DNA of 64,000 nt from Scenedesmus sp. PABB004 (Eukaryota), in contig JABVCE010000020.1 in the NCBI GenBank assembly GCA_014905635.1, forward strand, positions 310,001-374,000, read 5' to 3'. The notes below the pieces were generated by a model. It had not been told where the DNA came from. It searched no databases and saw nothing but the letters and a program-made list of their open reading frames with translations. Within the stretch, counting starts at the first letter, position 1; each line of letters begins with the position of its first letter. This document shows positions 22,190-33,028 of this stretch, one piece after another. Position numbers and translations under genes: made by a program.

Positions 22190-24925
22190 ATGGCCATCCG
22201 CGGCAGCCGCGACCTGGCGCAGCCCGCCTTCGCACTGGCGGCGGCGCTGCTGCTGCTCGTGGCCGCCCCGGCCGGCGGCGCGGCGGCGCGCGGGCCCAGG
22301 CGCGGCCTGATGGCGGGTGTGAGTGGCTCCCGCAGCCTGATGGTCGCCACTGCTGCGCCCCCCGTCGACTGCCCGGCCGGCAGCGGCGTGCCGGCGGGCG
22401 GCGGCGACTGCGCGCCGTGCAAGCGCGGCACCTGGTCGGCCGGCGGGCTCCGTGCCAGGTGCAGGGCCTGCCCCAAGGGCTACAACACTGCAAGCAAGGG
22501 TTCGAAATCGGCGGCGGCCTGCAGCGACTGCAGGGCCGGCTACGGCCTGCCGGCGGGCGCCGGCGAGACCGGCACCTGCGCGCCGTGCCCGGTCGGCACG
22601 TGGCGCTTCACCACCAGGCCGGGCGGGGGCGCCAAGCCATGCAATGCATGCCCCCTGCTGACGACAACGGCGAGCCCGGGCGCCAAGAGCGCGGCCGCGT
22701 GCAACCAGAACGCCACCCTCCCGGACGACCCGCTGGCGTCGGCGCTGCTGCGCGGCCTCGCGGAGCTTGGCCCCCCACTTGATGACCCCATCCTGGCATC
22801 GTGGCGCCCCGGCACCAATCCCTGCAGCTGGTGGGGCGTGACATGCTCAGCCAGCATCTCCCACGTGGTGAAAGCGCTCAATATTGTGTTTGAGCAGCAA
22901 CCAACGGGCCGCCTGCCGCGCGCATGGAGCGAGCTTGGGGCTTCGCTGGAGTCGCTGACCATCATCTTCATCATTCAAACCAACATTTCAAGCAGCCTCA
23001 GCGACACGTCCTGGCCCCAGGAGTGGCGCAACCTCACGGAGCTGAAGACGCTCTCGCTCAACAACGTTGGCGTGACAGGCCCGCTGTCGCTGGCCGCGCT
23101 GCCGCCGAGCATGGAGCGCTTGGATTTGGGCGGCACCCGCTTCACCTCCCTGGCCGACGACATAGCACCCGGCGCGCTGCGGGCGCTGCGCACGCTGATC
23201 GTTGCTCAAGACTCTGCGTACGCCATTGGCGGGGTGCTGCCGGCCTCATGGTCAAACCTCGCGGGGTTGGAGGAGCTGCGTGTGCGGGTATGCTTTCATG
23301 AGCTCTCCCCGGGACTCGAGCCGGCAAGAGCTTTGCCAGACTGGCGCGGCATGGCGAGCCTGAAGCAGCTGGATCTTAGAGCCCTGACCGGCGAGCTGTC
23401 GCTGGCGGCGCTGCCGCCGAGCGTGGAGAGCGTGGACTTTTTCGGCAACCGCTTCACCGCCCTGGCCGACGATGTGACGCCGGGCATGCTGCCCGCGCTG
23501 CGCTGGCTTGGCATCCATCAAGACCCCTCGGCATGCACTGTGTACGGTACTCATCGCACCATCGGGACGCTGCCGGCCTCGTGGGGCACGCTCACCTTGC
23601 TGCAGTCGCTGGACCTCCAAGACCAGGCGCTGACCGGCCCGCTGCCCGAGGCGTGGCGAGGCATGGCGGGGCTTCAGCAGCTCTTCCTGGCCGGCAATGC
23701 GCTCACGGGCCCCCTGCCGGGCGCCTGGGGCGGCGGCATGGCCAACCTCACGCGGCTGGACCTGTCGCACAACGCCATCACTGGCACCCTTCCCGCGTCC
23801 TGGGGGGGCATGGCCAACCTCGGCCAACTGGACCTGTCGCGCAACAACATCAGTGGCTCCATCCCTGAGGCCTGGGCCGGCGGCATGGCGGCGCTGGGAG
23901 GCCTACAGCTGTCGCACAACGCGCTCTCCGGGCCGCTGCCCGCCAAGTACGTGCCGGTCTTGGACCTCAGCCACAACCAGGTGCGCCGTCTGGCCCATCG
24001 CAGGCTGTGCTGCCCGAGCGTGCAGGCGTGCGTGTGTGCGCGCACAGGCCAACCTGGGCCCCGCTCTGCAACCCCTGCCGCCACCCTGCAGCTGACGGGC
24101 CGCATCGACGGCTGGGCGGGGTGGACACCTGCGTCGGCGCCGGGCCCCGGCTGTGGCGGCTACCTCAACCTCGCCCACAACCAGCTGACCGGCCCGCTGC
24201 CCGAGGCGCCAGCGGGCTGGGCCGCCTTGGACCTGTCAAACAACGCCCTCACCTCCACACTGCCGGCCGCCTGGGCGCGCTGGGGGTACGGCGCAACCGA
24301 CGGCAGTGAGTTGTTTGTGTGCCATGCGCCGCTGGTGGTGGCGGTGGGCGCAGGTGTGTCGTGCGCTTGTGCCAGGCCCGCGCGCACGCCGAGACCGCTG
24401 CGCCGCTGTTCCCACCGGACAGGCTGCTGGTCGACCCTCGGCGTCAACCTCGCCAACAACAGGCTCCGCGGCCCGCTGCCGCCCGCGTGGGGCAACTGGA
24501 CGGACGTCACCGGGCGGACGACGCTCTTCTCTCTCAGTCTAGCCGGCAACCCGCTCAACGCCACGCTGCCGCCCGAGTGGGGCAACCTGGGCCGGGATCC
24601 TGGCCTGCAAGCGTCCTGGGATGGCCTGGCCCTGGACCTGAGCTACTGCGGCCTGCGCGGCGAGTTTCCTGTAACCGCGTGGACGGACGCGGTGCTTGAA
24701 CAGCTGGCCATCAACGACAACCCGCAGCTCACCGGCTGCCTGCCGCTCGCGTGGCTCCAGCGGTCCTTTGGCCGCTACGGCGATGAGATGGATCTGCTGG
24801 TGCACCCGCGCGAGTGCGAGCTGCCGGGCGGCTGCACCACGCGGGTGGCGCTGAGCGAGGTGTTGGGCGGCGCGCGGCCGGACCCCAACCCGCTGCGCAA
24901 CACCAAACTCTACGGCCTGTGTTGA
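22190..24925 (+). CDS. Secreted leucine-rich-repeat protein with N-terminal GCC2/GCC3 (ephrin-receptor-like) Cys-rich repeats
   Basis: Signal peptide 'ALAAALLLLVAAPAGG'. Cys repeats 'CAPCKRGTWS...CRACPKGYNT' and 'CAPCPVGTW...CNACPLLTTT'. LRR cap 'LASWRPGTNPCSWWGVTC'. Many plant-type LRRs 'LxxLDLSxNxLTGPLPxxW'. Two probable introns at 23981-24091 and 24306-24422. No TM or kinase domain seen. Confidence 0.85.
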   Translation: MAIRGSRDLAQPAFALAAALLLLVAAPAGGAAARGPRRGLMAGVSGSRSLMVATAAPPVDCPAGSGVPAGGGDCAPCKRGTWSAGGLRARCRACPKGYNTASKGSKSAAACSDCRAGYGLPAGAGETGTCAPCPVGTWRFTTRPGGGAKPCNACPLLTTTASPGAKSAAACNQNATLPDDPLASALLRGLAELGPPLDDPILASWRPGTNPCSWWGVTCSASISHVVKALNIVFEQQPTGRLPRAWSELGASLESLTIIFIIQTNISSSLSDTSWPQEWRNLTELKTLSLNNVGVTGPLSLAALPPSMERLDLGGTRFTSLADDIAPGALRALRTLIVAQDSAYAIGGVLPASWSNLAGLEELRVRVCFHELSPGLEPARALPDWRGMASLKQLDLRALTGELSLAALPPSVESVDFFGNRFTALADDVTPGMLPALRWLGIHQDPSACTVYGTHRTIGTLPASWGTLTLLQSLDLQDQALTGPLPEAWRGMAGLQQLFLAGNALTGPLPGAWGGGMANLTRLDLSHNAITGTLPASWGGMANLGQLDLSRNNISGSIPEAWAGGMAALGGLQLSHNALSGPLPAKYVPVLDLSHNQVRRLAHRRLCCPSVQACVCARTGQPGPRSATPAATLQLTGRIDGWAGWTPASAPGPGCGGYLNLAHNQLTGPLPEAPAGWAALDLSNNALTSTLPAAWARWGYGATDGSELFVCHAPLVVAVGAGVSCACARPARTPRPLRRCSHRTGCWSTLGVNLANNRLRGPLPPAWGNWTDVTGRTTLFSLSLAGNPLNATLPPEWGNLGRDPGLQASWDGLALDLSYCGLRGEFPVTAWTDAVLEQLAINDNPQLTGCLPLAWLQRSFGRYGDEMDLLVHPRECELPGGCTTRVALSEVLGGARPDPNPLRNTKLYGLC

Positions 24926-25851
24926 GCGCCGCGTCTCACTGCAAGCGTTGCTCCGCGCCCCTGTGCACAGTGTGCACATGCTCGTTCATCTGGGCGCGGG
25001 AGGGGGGGCTCAGCGCTGCGACCGTGGTGGCTTGCGTGCTGCTTTGCGCGGTGCGGTGGGCGCGTGCATCAAGCAGGGTGCGTGCGCGCACAGGCACGCG
25101 GCGCATCACTGCTCTTGAGGCTTTGTGAATGGCGTTGCCGCATGCAAGCCAGTGTGATTGCGCTTTGGTGAAGTGGGCTCATGCCGTGTGGGCGCGTGGC
25201 GCGCGGCCCCGGCAGGCTTGGCGCGCCGCCGGGCTGGAAGGGAGGCGTGGGCTGATGGCGGGGGTTGGTGTGTGGGCCCGGGCGAGCTGCATGCTCCAGG
25301 GGGCCGTGGGTTGCTTTCAAACCGGGGCGAAGTGCTGCTGGCGGCATGCCGGCGCGGCTGGGCAGCCCACCTGAGCCAGCCAAGTTGGGGGTGGCGGGCA
25401 CGGCTGCGCGCGCGCCCGCCTGCGGCGCGTGCACTGCACTGCACTGGGTGGCGGCGTGGATGTGGGTGGGGAGGAACGCGGCGCGCTGTCGCACTCTGCT
25501 GCATGTGCCTGGAGCACCAGATGCGCTGCTGGCCTTGGGCGTGCGGGGCGGGCTGGGCACGCGGGCTGCTGCGCGGTCAAGCAAGCGCTGTGGGAGCGTC
25601 CATCATGGCGCTTGGGGCGCGTCGCTGGCTGCGCGCGTGCGATGCCGGCGCGGGCATTCACCAAACTCACGTGTGCTGCGCATGCGGGACTGAGCTTTTG
25701 GTGGACTCGTCTGCGGGGTCGCGCTGTGCGACCGGTGATGACTGGCCTGACAAACCTTTGCACGCGTGCGGATGTGTGTCTGTGACATCAGCGGAGCGCG
25801 CCCCGCGCATGCGCCGCCCCAGGTGTTCACGCGCAGCCGCTCGCTCGCTCG

Positions 25852-28797
25852 CTACCGGCGCCGCCGGCCGCACGGCTGCGCCGCCAGCGCGACAAACGCC
25901 GCCTCTGCCTGCACGAGGCCGTGGCCAAAGTGCGAGTCCCGCCCCGGCGCGCCCAGGTCGAGCGCGGTCGACTCGAACGCGGCCCGCACCTCCTGCGCGC
26001 GGCAGCGGGGGAACGCCGCCCAGACGCGCGCGATCGCGCCCGTCACGTGCGGCACCGCCTGCCGGCGGCGGCGGGCGGGGGCGGGGGCGGCGGCGGGCGG
26101 TCGAACCAGGCGGTCAAGGCAGGCGCGCGGGGGCGCGGCACGGGGGCACCTCCGCTCGCACCATCGACGTGCCGCTCAGCCGCTGGTAAAGGTCGGGCTG
26201 GTGCGTGCGGGCGCGCAGGCGACGGGCGGCGTCAGGCGGGCGGGCGCGGCGCGTGCGCAGCACGCGGTGTAGAGCCCGGCGAGCCCGGCGGCCCCGGCGC
26301 CCGCGGCCCCCAGTGCCCGCGGCCCCCGGCGCCCGCGCACCTGCGCCTCGACGGTGCCAACCAGCGGCTCGCCCGCGTCGGCGCCCGCGACGGCCGCGGC
26401 CCGGATCGCCGCGTGCTCGCGCAGCGTGAGCCCGACCGCGGGCAGGCGCGGCCCGCGCGCGATGCGCGGCCAGCAGGCGCAGCCGGCGTCGCTGCAGTCG
26501 AGCGTCGCCGAGAGCGGCGCGTCGGCCTGCGACGCGGCGGGCGCGTGCGCGCCGTAATACCCGCTCGCGATCGCGGGCGGGGCCAGCAGCATCGCGGCGG
26601 CGCCCTGGGCGATGCAAAAGTCCATCGCGTCGCAATAAAAGCGCGTCGGCGCCAGCGCCGCGCCGCCGGCACCGCCGGCGCGCGTGGGCGGCGGGCTGCT
26701 GCCCGCGTCGAAGGCGTCGCCGCGCGCCGCGGCGCGCGCATGCGTCGCGGCGGCGCCGGCCTCGCGCGCGCCATGGCCGCCGGGCGCGGCCGCGCGGCCG
26801 CGCGGCACCAGGCCGGGGTCGTACTGCACTAGGCAGATGCCCCCGCGCGCGGCGGGGCAGGGCGCGGCGCCGGTGCCGCAGTCGGCGACGACGCCCGTCA
26901 CGCGGCCGGTGCCGCCGTGGCGCACCGCGCTGCGCCGCGCGCGCGGCGCCGGCGCGCGCAGCGTGGAGGGGCGATCCGCCGCGAACGCGGCGTGCACCGC
27001 GCCGTCCTTGCCCGCCCACTGCCGGCTCGCGGTTGACAGCGTCTGCACGCCCGGCGCGGCGAGGTCGACGCCGGGGTTCTTCTGACTAAACTTGGCGAGC
27101 CGCCGGCGGCAGTCGACCGCGGCGACGCTGATGACCTCTGGATAGCTGCCAGGGAAGTTTGACGGGTTGACGTCCGCGCTCAGCGCCGCACCGCGGCCGG
27201 GCAGGAGCGTCGGCGCGGAGCCGTTGTTGCCTGCGCGCGCGGGCCGGCCGGCGGCGGGGGGCGGGCGCGGGTCCACGGGCGGCGCGGGCGGGCGGGCGGG
27301 CGGGTGGCGCTCGCGGCCTGCGGCGTGCTGGGTGCGCACACACACAGCTGGACCGGCCGGCCACGGCACCGCGCCGCACCTGAGGAGGCAACGAACAGCA
27401 TGTCGCCGCGCTTGGCGGCCTCCCTGCGCCGCGGCGGCGGCGGGCGGTCAGCCGCGCACGCAGTCAGCCCGTCGCGCCGGTCCCGCCGGCCAGGGCCCCC
27501 ACCGCTTCCCATGGACTACCTGAAGTACATCTGCTCGATTGTCAGTGGGCCAGGTGCGCCTAAGCTCATGCTGACAACCATGCGGTAGCGCCGCGCCGGG
27601 TGCGCCGCCTGCGCCGGCGCCGCGGCGGGGGCGCCGACGTGCCGCCGCGCGTCGGCAACCGCGCGCCGGCACTTGCCGGCACCTCGCCGCCCGCCGCCGC
27701 CCGCCACCGCGGCCGCGCGCGCGCGCCTGCATCGCGGCGAGCCGCCCCTCGCACTGCGTGAAGGCCAGGATCATCGTCGAGCCGTACACGAAGCCCTGGC
27801 CCTGGCTGACGTCGCCGCTGTCATTGAACACGCGCACGACGTACAGCTCCGCCGGCCCCGGCACGACGCCGACGCTGCCCGCGCCGTTGCGCTGCGCCGC
27901 GACGGTGCCTGCGGCGCGCGGCGCGCGGCCGGGGCGTGCGGCGCGGTGCCAGGCGCGCTCGCGTGCCGCTCGGCGCAGGCTACCTCGCTGGACCCCGAGG
28001 CCCTGCCGCCCGCTCGCCCGTCAGCCCGCACCCGCAACGTGGGTGCCGTGGTTCACCAGGTCCTGGTCCCACTGGAAGGGGCACCCCGCCGGGGCGACGC
28101 TGTCCTGACCCTTGCAGCCGTCGAGGGCGTTGCGCGCCAGGTCGGGGTGCCCGCCGTCCAGGCCGCTGCGGCGGCGGCGGCGGCGTGCCGGGCTGAGCGT
28201 GCCGGGCTGAGCGCGCCGGCCGGCGCCCGCGCCCGCAGCGCCGCGGGCGGGCTCCCCGCCGGCGAGCGCTCGCCTGTCGATGACACACACAATCACGCCC
28301 GCGTCGTCGGTGCGGTTGGGCAGCTTGGCGCTGTCCAGCGCCTGGATCATGCGCAGCCCGTACGGAGCGACCTCCGGCAGCAGCGAGCCCGACCTGGACG
28401 GCAGCGCCTCGTCCTCCGCGTTGCACGCGTGCGGCGCGGGCGCGGTCGCGCGCGACCCCGCGTCCGCTGCCCAGCTCGGCGCGTCCGCGACGGGGCGGTG
28501 GAAGTGGCGCGGCAGGTCCTCCTCCGCCGCGACCACGCCCGGCCAGCGCCGCGCCTCGGCGACCAGCGCGGCGGCCGAGCGCGCGCCCGCGGGGCGCCCG
28601 GGCGCGGGCGCCAGCGCCAGCAGGCCGGGAGGTGCTGTGGGGGGCAGCACGGTGTCAAGGCCCGCGCGCCGCGCCGCGTCGAGGACGCCCGCGGCTGCGG
28701 CTGGCTCCACGCGCAGCAGCAGCCGCTGGCCCGCCGCCGAGCTCGCCGCCAGGGCCAGCGCCAGGGCCAGCAGCCCGGCGGCAATCCGGTGCTGCAT
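25852..28797 (-). CDS. Secreted subtilisin-like serine protease (S8) with an inserted PA-like domain
   Basis: Signal peptide '[23 protein letters not shown]'. Motifs '[15 protein letters not shown]', '[12 protein letters not shown]', 'VASSG|NNG', '[15 protein letters not shown]', 'VDLAAPGV'. PA-like '[25 protein letters not shown]...[11 protein letters not shown]'. Then 'SGTSM|AVPHVTG' and '[16 protein letters not shown]'. Confidence 0.9.
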
Positions 28798-29184
28798 GGT
28801 CGAACAGCCGAGCAGCTCCGGCGCGCACCGCACGCGCAGAAACAGCGCCGCTGGCAGCGGTTGGCAGCGCTGGCCGAGCGCGGGGGCGGCCAGCTCACGC
28901 CGCCGACGACGGGAGGCCGCTGTCGAGCTCGAGAAACGGCCTCACGAGCTGCGGCCAGGCCCACGAGCGCGCGTGGGCGGCGCGGCAGCAGCAGTCGCGG
29001 CGGCAGTCGCGCGGGCGCCTGCGCGGCTTCGGCCCGGGTTCGCCTCGCTCTGTCGCACCAACCACTCACATCGAGCGCCGTGCCGCTGCCGCAGCCAACA
29101 CGCGCGCCGCGCCGCCAGCCGCCGCTGCGCCGCCGGCCGCCGCTTCGCCGGGCGGCGAGGGCTTCGCTCCCAGGCCTGCCCGCC

Positions 29185-31063
29185 ATGGTGCGCGGAGCTG
29201 ACTCGCAGCGGACCAACGCGCCGGTCTCCGCAGCGGCAGCGGCAGCAGTGGCGGCGGCGGCGGCAGCGGCGGCGGCGGCGGCGGCGGCAGCAGCGGCGGC
29301 GGCACGGCACCATCCATTCCCATCCTCCTGCTCCCCCTCGTCCTCCTGCCCCGCCGCCGCGCGCGGCGCGCCCGTCGCCCAGCCGCCGCCGCCGTGCCGC
29401 CGCCGTGCCGCCGCACTCGCGCGCTCCCGCGCCGCGCGCGCAGGGCAAGGTGAGCAAGGACAAGCGCGACATCTACTACCGCAAGGCAAAGGAGGAGGGC
29501 TGGCGCGCGCGCAGCGCGTTCAAGCTGCTGCAGATCGACGAGGTCTTCGACATCTTCACAGGCGCGGCCGGGTTGCGGCGCCCGCGCTGCGCTGCGCTGT
29601 GCTGCGCCCGGCTGCACCCCGCGCGCTGCGCCCGCCGCCGGTGCCCCGGCGGCGGACGACGCACGCGCGCCCACCGCGCGCCCGGCCGACGCGCGCGGCG
29701 CGCAGGCGTGCGCCACGCGGTCGACCTCTGCGCCGCGCCCGGGAGCTGGAGCCAGGTGCTCAGCCGCAGGCTCTACCTCCCCGCGGTCGCCGCCGCCGCC
29801 GCCGCGGCCAGTGGTGAGGGTGCGGGCGGCGCGGACGACGGCCGCGGCGGTGCGCCGCCGCTGCCGCGCATCGTGAGCGTGGACCTGCAGCCCATGGCGC
29901 CGATCGAGGGCGTGGTGCAGCTGCAGGGCGACATCACCAGCGAGGTGATGACGCGCGCCGCACGCGGCTCCGCGCTCGCCGCCCCACGAGCGCGGGGCCG
30001 TCGCCCACGCGCCCGCGCCGCCCGCGCCGCCCGCGCCGCCCGCGCCGCCAGGCGACCGCGCGCGAGGTGATCCGCCAGTTTGAGGGCAGCCACGCCGAGC
30101 TCATCGTGTGCGACGGTGCGCCGGCTGACGCCACGGCGGTGCCGGCACCGGCGGCGCGGGCCCGGCATCCGCGCTGCGCCCAGCCCAGCGCCGACGCGCC
30201 GCTTTCTCTCTCTCTGCGCGCAGGCGCGCCCGACGTCACGGGGCTGCACGACCTTGATGGCTACGTGCAGCTGCAGCTTATCCTCGCCGCGCTGACCGTC
30301 GTCACCGCCGTGCTCGCGCCGGGCGGCACGTTTGTCGCCAAGATCTTCCGCGGTGCGCGCCGCCGCGGCGCCGCCGCGGTGCCGCCGCCGCGCGCCGCGC
30401 GCGCAGCGCGCGCTCACTCACCCGCGCGCGCCCCGCCCCGCGCTCACCCTCGCGGCAGGCAAGGACATCGACCTGTTGTACAGCCAGCTGCGCATCTTCT
30501 TTGCCGAGGTGGCCGTCGCCAAGCCGCGCAGCAGCCGCGCGAGCAGCATCGAGGCGTTTGTCGTCTGCCGGCGCTACGCGGCGCCGCCCGGCTTCGCGCC
30601 GTCCGCGCTGCGCGGCCTGCTCGCGGGCGCGGCGCAGGCGCACGCCGCCGCGGTGCAGGCGCGTGGCGTGCTGCGACGCGCCGCGCCGCGCCGTGCTGGC
30701 TGCGGCGGCGGCGCCCGCCGTCCGAGGCCCACCGCGCGCTGACCCCGCCCCGCCCCGCCCCGCCCCGCCTGGCAGGCCGACCCGCTCATGCGCACCGCGG
30801 TCCCCTTCCTGGCGTGCGGCGACCTTTCGGGCTGGGATGCTGACCGCAATTATCCGCTGGCGCTACCAGACGGCAGCGGCGGCGGCGGCGGCGAGGCGTC
30901 GCCGTACGTGCCGCTGCCCCCCGTGCAGCCGCCGATCGCGCCCGCCTACCGCGGCGCGCTCGAGCTGAAGCGGCAGCAGCAGCCGGCGGCGCAGGCGGCG
31001 CAGGCGGTGCAGGCGCAGCAGGCGCAGCAGCAGCGGGAGCAGGAGCAAGGAGCGCCGTGCTAG
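29185..31063 (+). CDS. TRM7: tRNA (C32/G34) 2'-O-methyltransferase, FtsJ/RrmJ family (Trm7/FTSJ1 orthologue)
   Basis: ATG-only first coding exon (29185-29187), intron to 29443, then '[33 protein letters not shown]', '[14 protein letters not shown]', '[20 protein letters not shown]', '[15 protein letters not shown]', '[11 protein letters not shown]', '[16 protein letters not shown]', 'VPFLACGDL', '[10 protein letters not shown]'. Confidence 0.95.
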
Positions 31064-31375
31064 CGCAGGGCGGCGGCGGCGGCAGTGGGCGTGGGCGGGC
31101 GGCGCCGCCGGCGCTGCGATGCGCTGGCGTCGGCTGGGGCGGTGCAACAGCCGGCTCGTCTGCTGCCTCGCAGGCGGCGGTCGCATTGTTCCGGCTGCAC
31201 CCAGGTCAAGAAGCAGCAGCGGCGGCCGGACGGTCGCGCGCCATCACCGCGGCACCCCGGCTCACGGCGCGCCGCCGCGGCTCGGCACGGAGCAACGCTG
31301 CCGCGCCGCGCGGCCCTCCCCCAGGCCGTTCCTGTCGCCCTCTCGCACCGCCCCTCTGCTCCGCGCCGCGCTTCT

Positions 31376-33028
31376 TCACTCCTCCTCGCCCGCGCCCCCC
31401 GCGTCGCCGCCGCCGCCGCCCGCGGCCCCCAGCAGCGGCAGGCCCGCGGCCTCCCTGAAGAACGCGGCCTGCCGCGCGCTGAGCTCCTCGAACTGGCGCC
31501 CACTGTAGACGTCAAAGTGGTTGCCCTGCACGGTCACCAGCTCGCCGCGCGGCGTCGCCGCGAGCGCGGCCGCGACGTCGCCCGCCGGGCAGAGCCGGTC
31601 GCCGTCGGCGGTCGCGTAGAGCACGCGCGCGGTCACGCGCGGCACGGCCGCGACGGGGCGGTAGCGGGACACCTCGAGCGCGAGCCGGCAGCGCGCCATG
31701 TTGCGCCACCCGCCCTGCGCGCGGCGGCGGCGGCGCCGTGCTCGTCGGTGGCATGCGCGGCGGACGCCCCGGCTGCCCGCCCATCCCCACCCGCCCGCGC
31801 GCCGCCTCCCCTGCCCGCTCGCCTGCCCGCCGCCCCACCTGCCGCCGCCCTCGCCGCGCCCCACCCACCCCCGCCCGCCCCGCCCCCCCCCCGCCCCGCG
31901 CCGTCCCGCGCCCGCCCCCGCGCCCCGCCCCGCGCGCCTGCTTCTTGGACGGGTGCTTCGCGTAGTACGCGGCGTGCTCCTCCGGCGTGAGGCCCATGAA
32001 GGCCAGCGCCCCAACGGCGCCCGTCAGTGGGAAGTAGGCGGGCGGGTATGCGAAGAAGGAGCGCACGTAGTCGTGCAGCCCCGCGAGCAGCGCGCGCGCG
32101 ATCGCGGCCGGGCCGCGTTCCGACACGCCGCGCGCAAACGCGGCGCGGCCGTCGGTGAAGGGGACCTGGCGCGCGCGACGCGGCGTGCGCGCGGCGGGTG
32201 AGCGCGGGGGGAGCGGAGGGGAGGGAGCGGAGGGGAGCGGGCGGCAGGGGCGTGCGCCGCGGGCGGCGGCCGCGCGGAGCAAGGCCGCGCGCGGCGCGCA
32301 CCTGCGCGACGACCGCCGTCACGGCGTCGCCGAGCGCGGCCGCGGTCGTGAGCGCGTGCCCGCCGCCGAAGCTCGACCCCCACAGCAGCAGCTTGCTGCC
32401 GTCGACGGCGCCGGCGAGCTCGGGCCCCGTCGCAAACGCGACCGCGTCGGCCCAGTCCTGCAGGTGCCGGCGCGGCGAGACCCAGTGCCGCGGCTCGCCC
32501 TCGGAGCCGCCAAAGGTGCGGTAGTCAAAGATGAGCGCCGCGAGGCCAGCGCGGGCAAAGACCTCGCCGTACGGCGCGAGGCCAAAGTCCTTCTGCGCGC
32601 CTGCGCGGGCGGCGGCGGCGCGGCGCGGCGTGGGACGGCGCGGCGCGGCGTGGGACGGCGCGGCGCGGCGTGGGACGGCGCCGGCGCGGCCGGGGCGCTT
32701 GCTGCCGCTGCTGCTTCTGCTTCTGCCCCTGCAGCTGTGGTGGCGGCGGCGGACGCGGCGGCGGCGGCCACGCACCGAGGCCGTGCGCGGCGACGATGAT
32801 CGGCGGCTTGGCGGCCGGCGGCGGCGCGGGCAGGTAAAGCCACGCCTGGCAGCGCACGCCGGAGCAGGGGAAGTACACGACGCTGCGGCTCCAGCCGGAG
32901 CCCTCGGCCGGCGAATCGGCGGGCGTCGGGCTCGTGTCGCGCGGCAGCGGGCCAGGAATCACAGACGGGTCCCACGGCAGCAGCACCAGGCCCACCAGCC
33001 CCGCGATCGCGTACGTGATCGCACGCAT
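31376..33028 (-). CDS. Alpha/beta hydrolase of the COG1073 / serine-aminopeptidase-like type with an N-terminal hydrophobic anchor
   Basis: 'CQAWLYLP...PIIVAAHGLG|AQKDFGLAPYGEVFARAGLAALIFDYRTFGGSEGEPR', nucleophile 'WGSSFGGGH', 'VVAQ|VPFTDG', candidate Asp in 'ADGDRLC', candidate His in 'GNHFDVY'. Stop at 31376. Confidence 0.85.

Noticed and set aside
29185..29443. First coding exon of TRM7 consisting of the ATG only
   Set aside because: Start-codon-adjacent introns are common in green algae and other eukaryotes.
32615..32682. 20-bp triple repeat (cggcgcggcgtgggacggcg) in a hydrolase intron
   Set aside because: A local slippage repeat with no hairpin or dispersed family evident.
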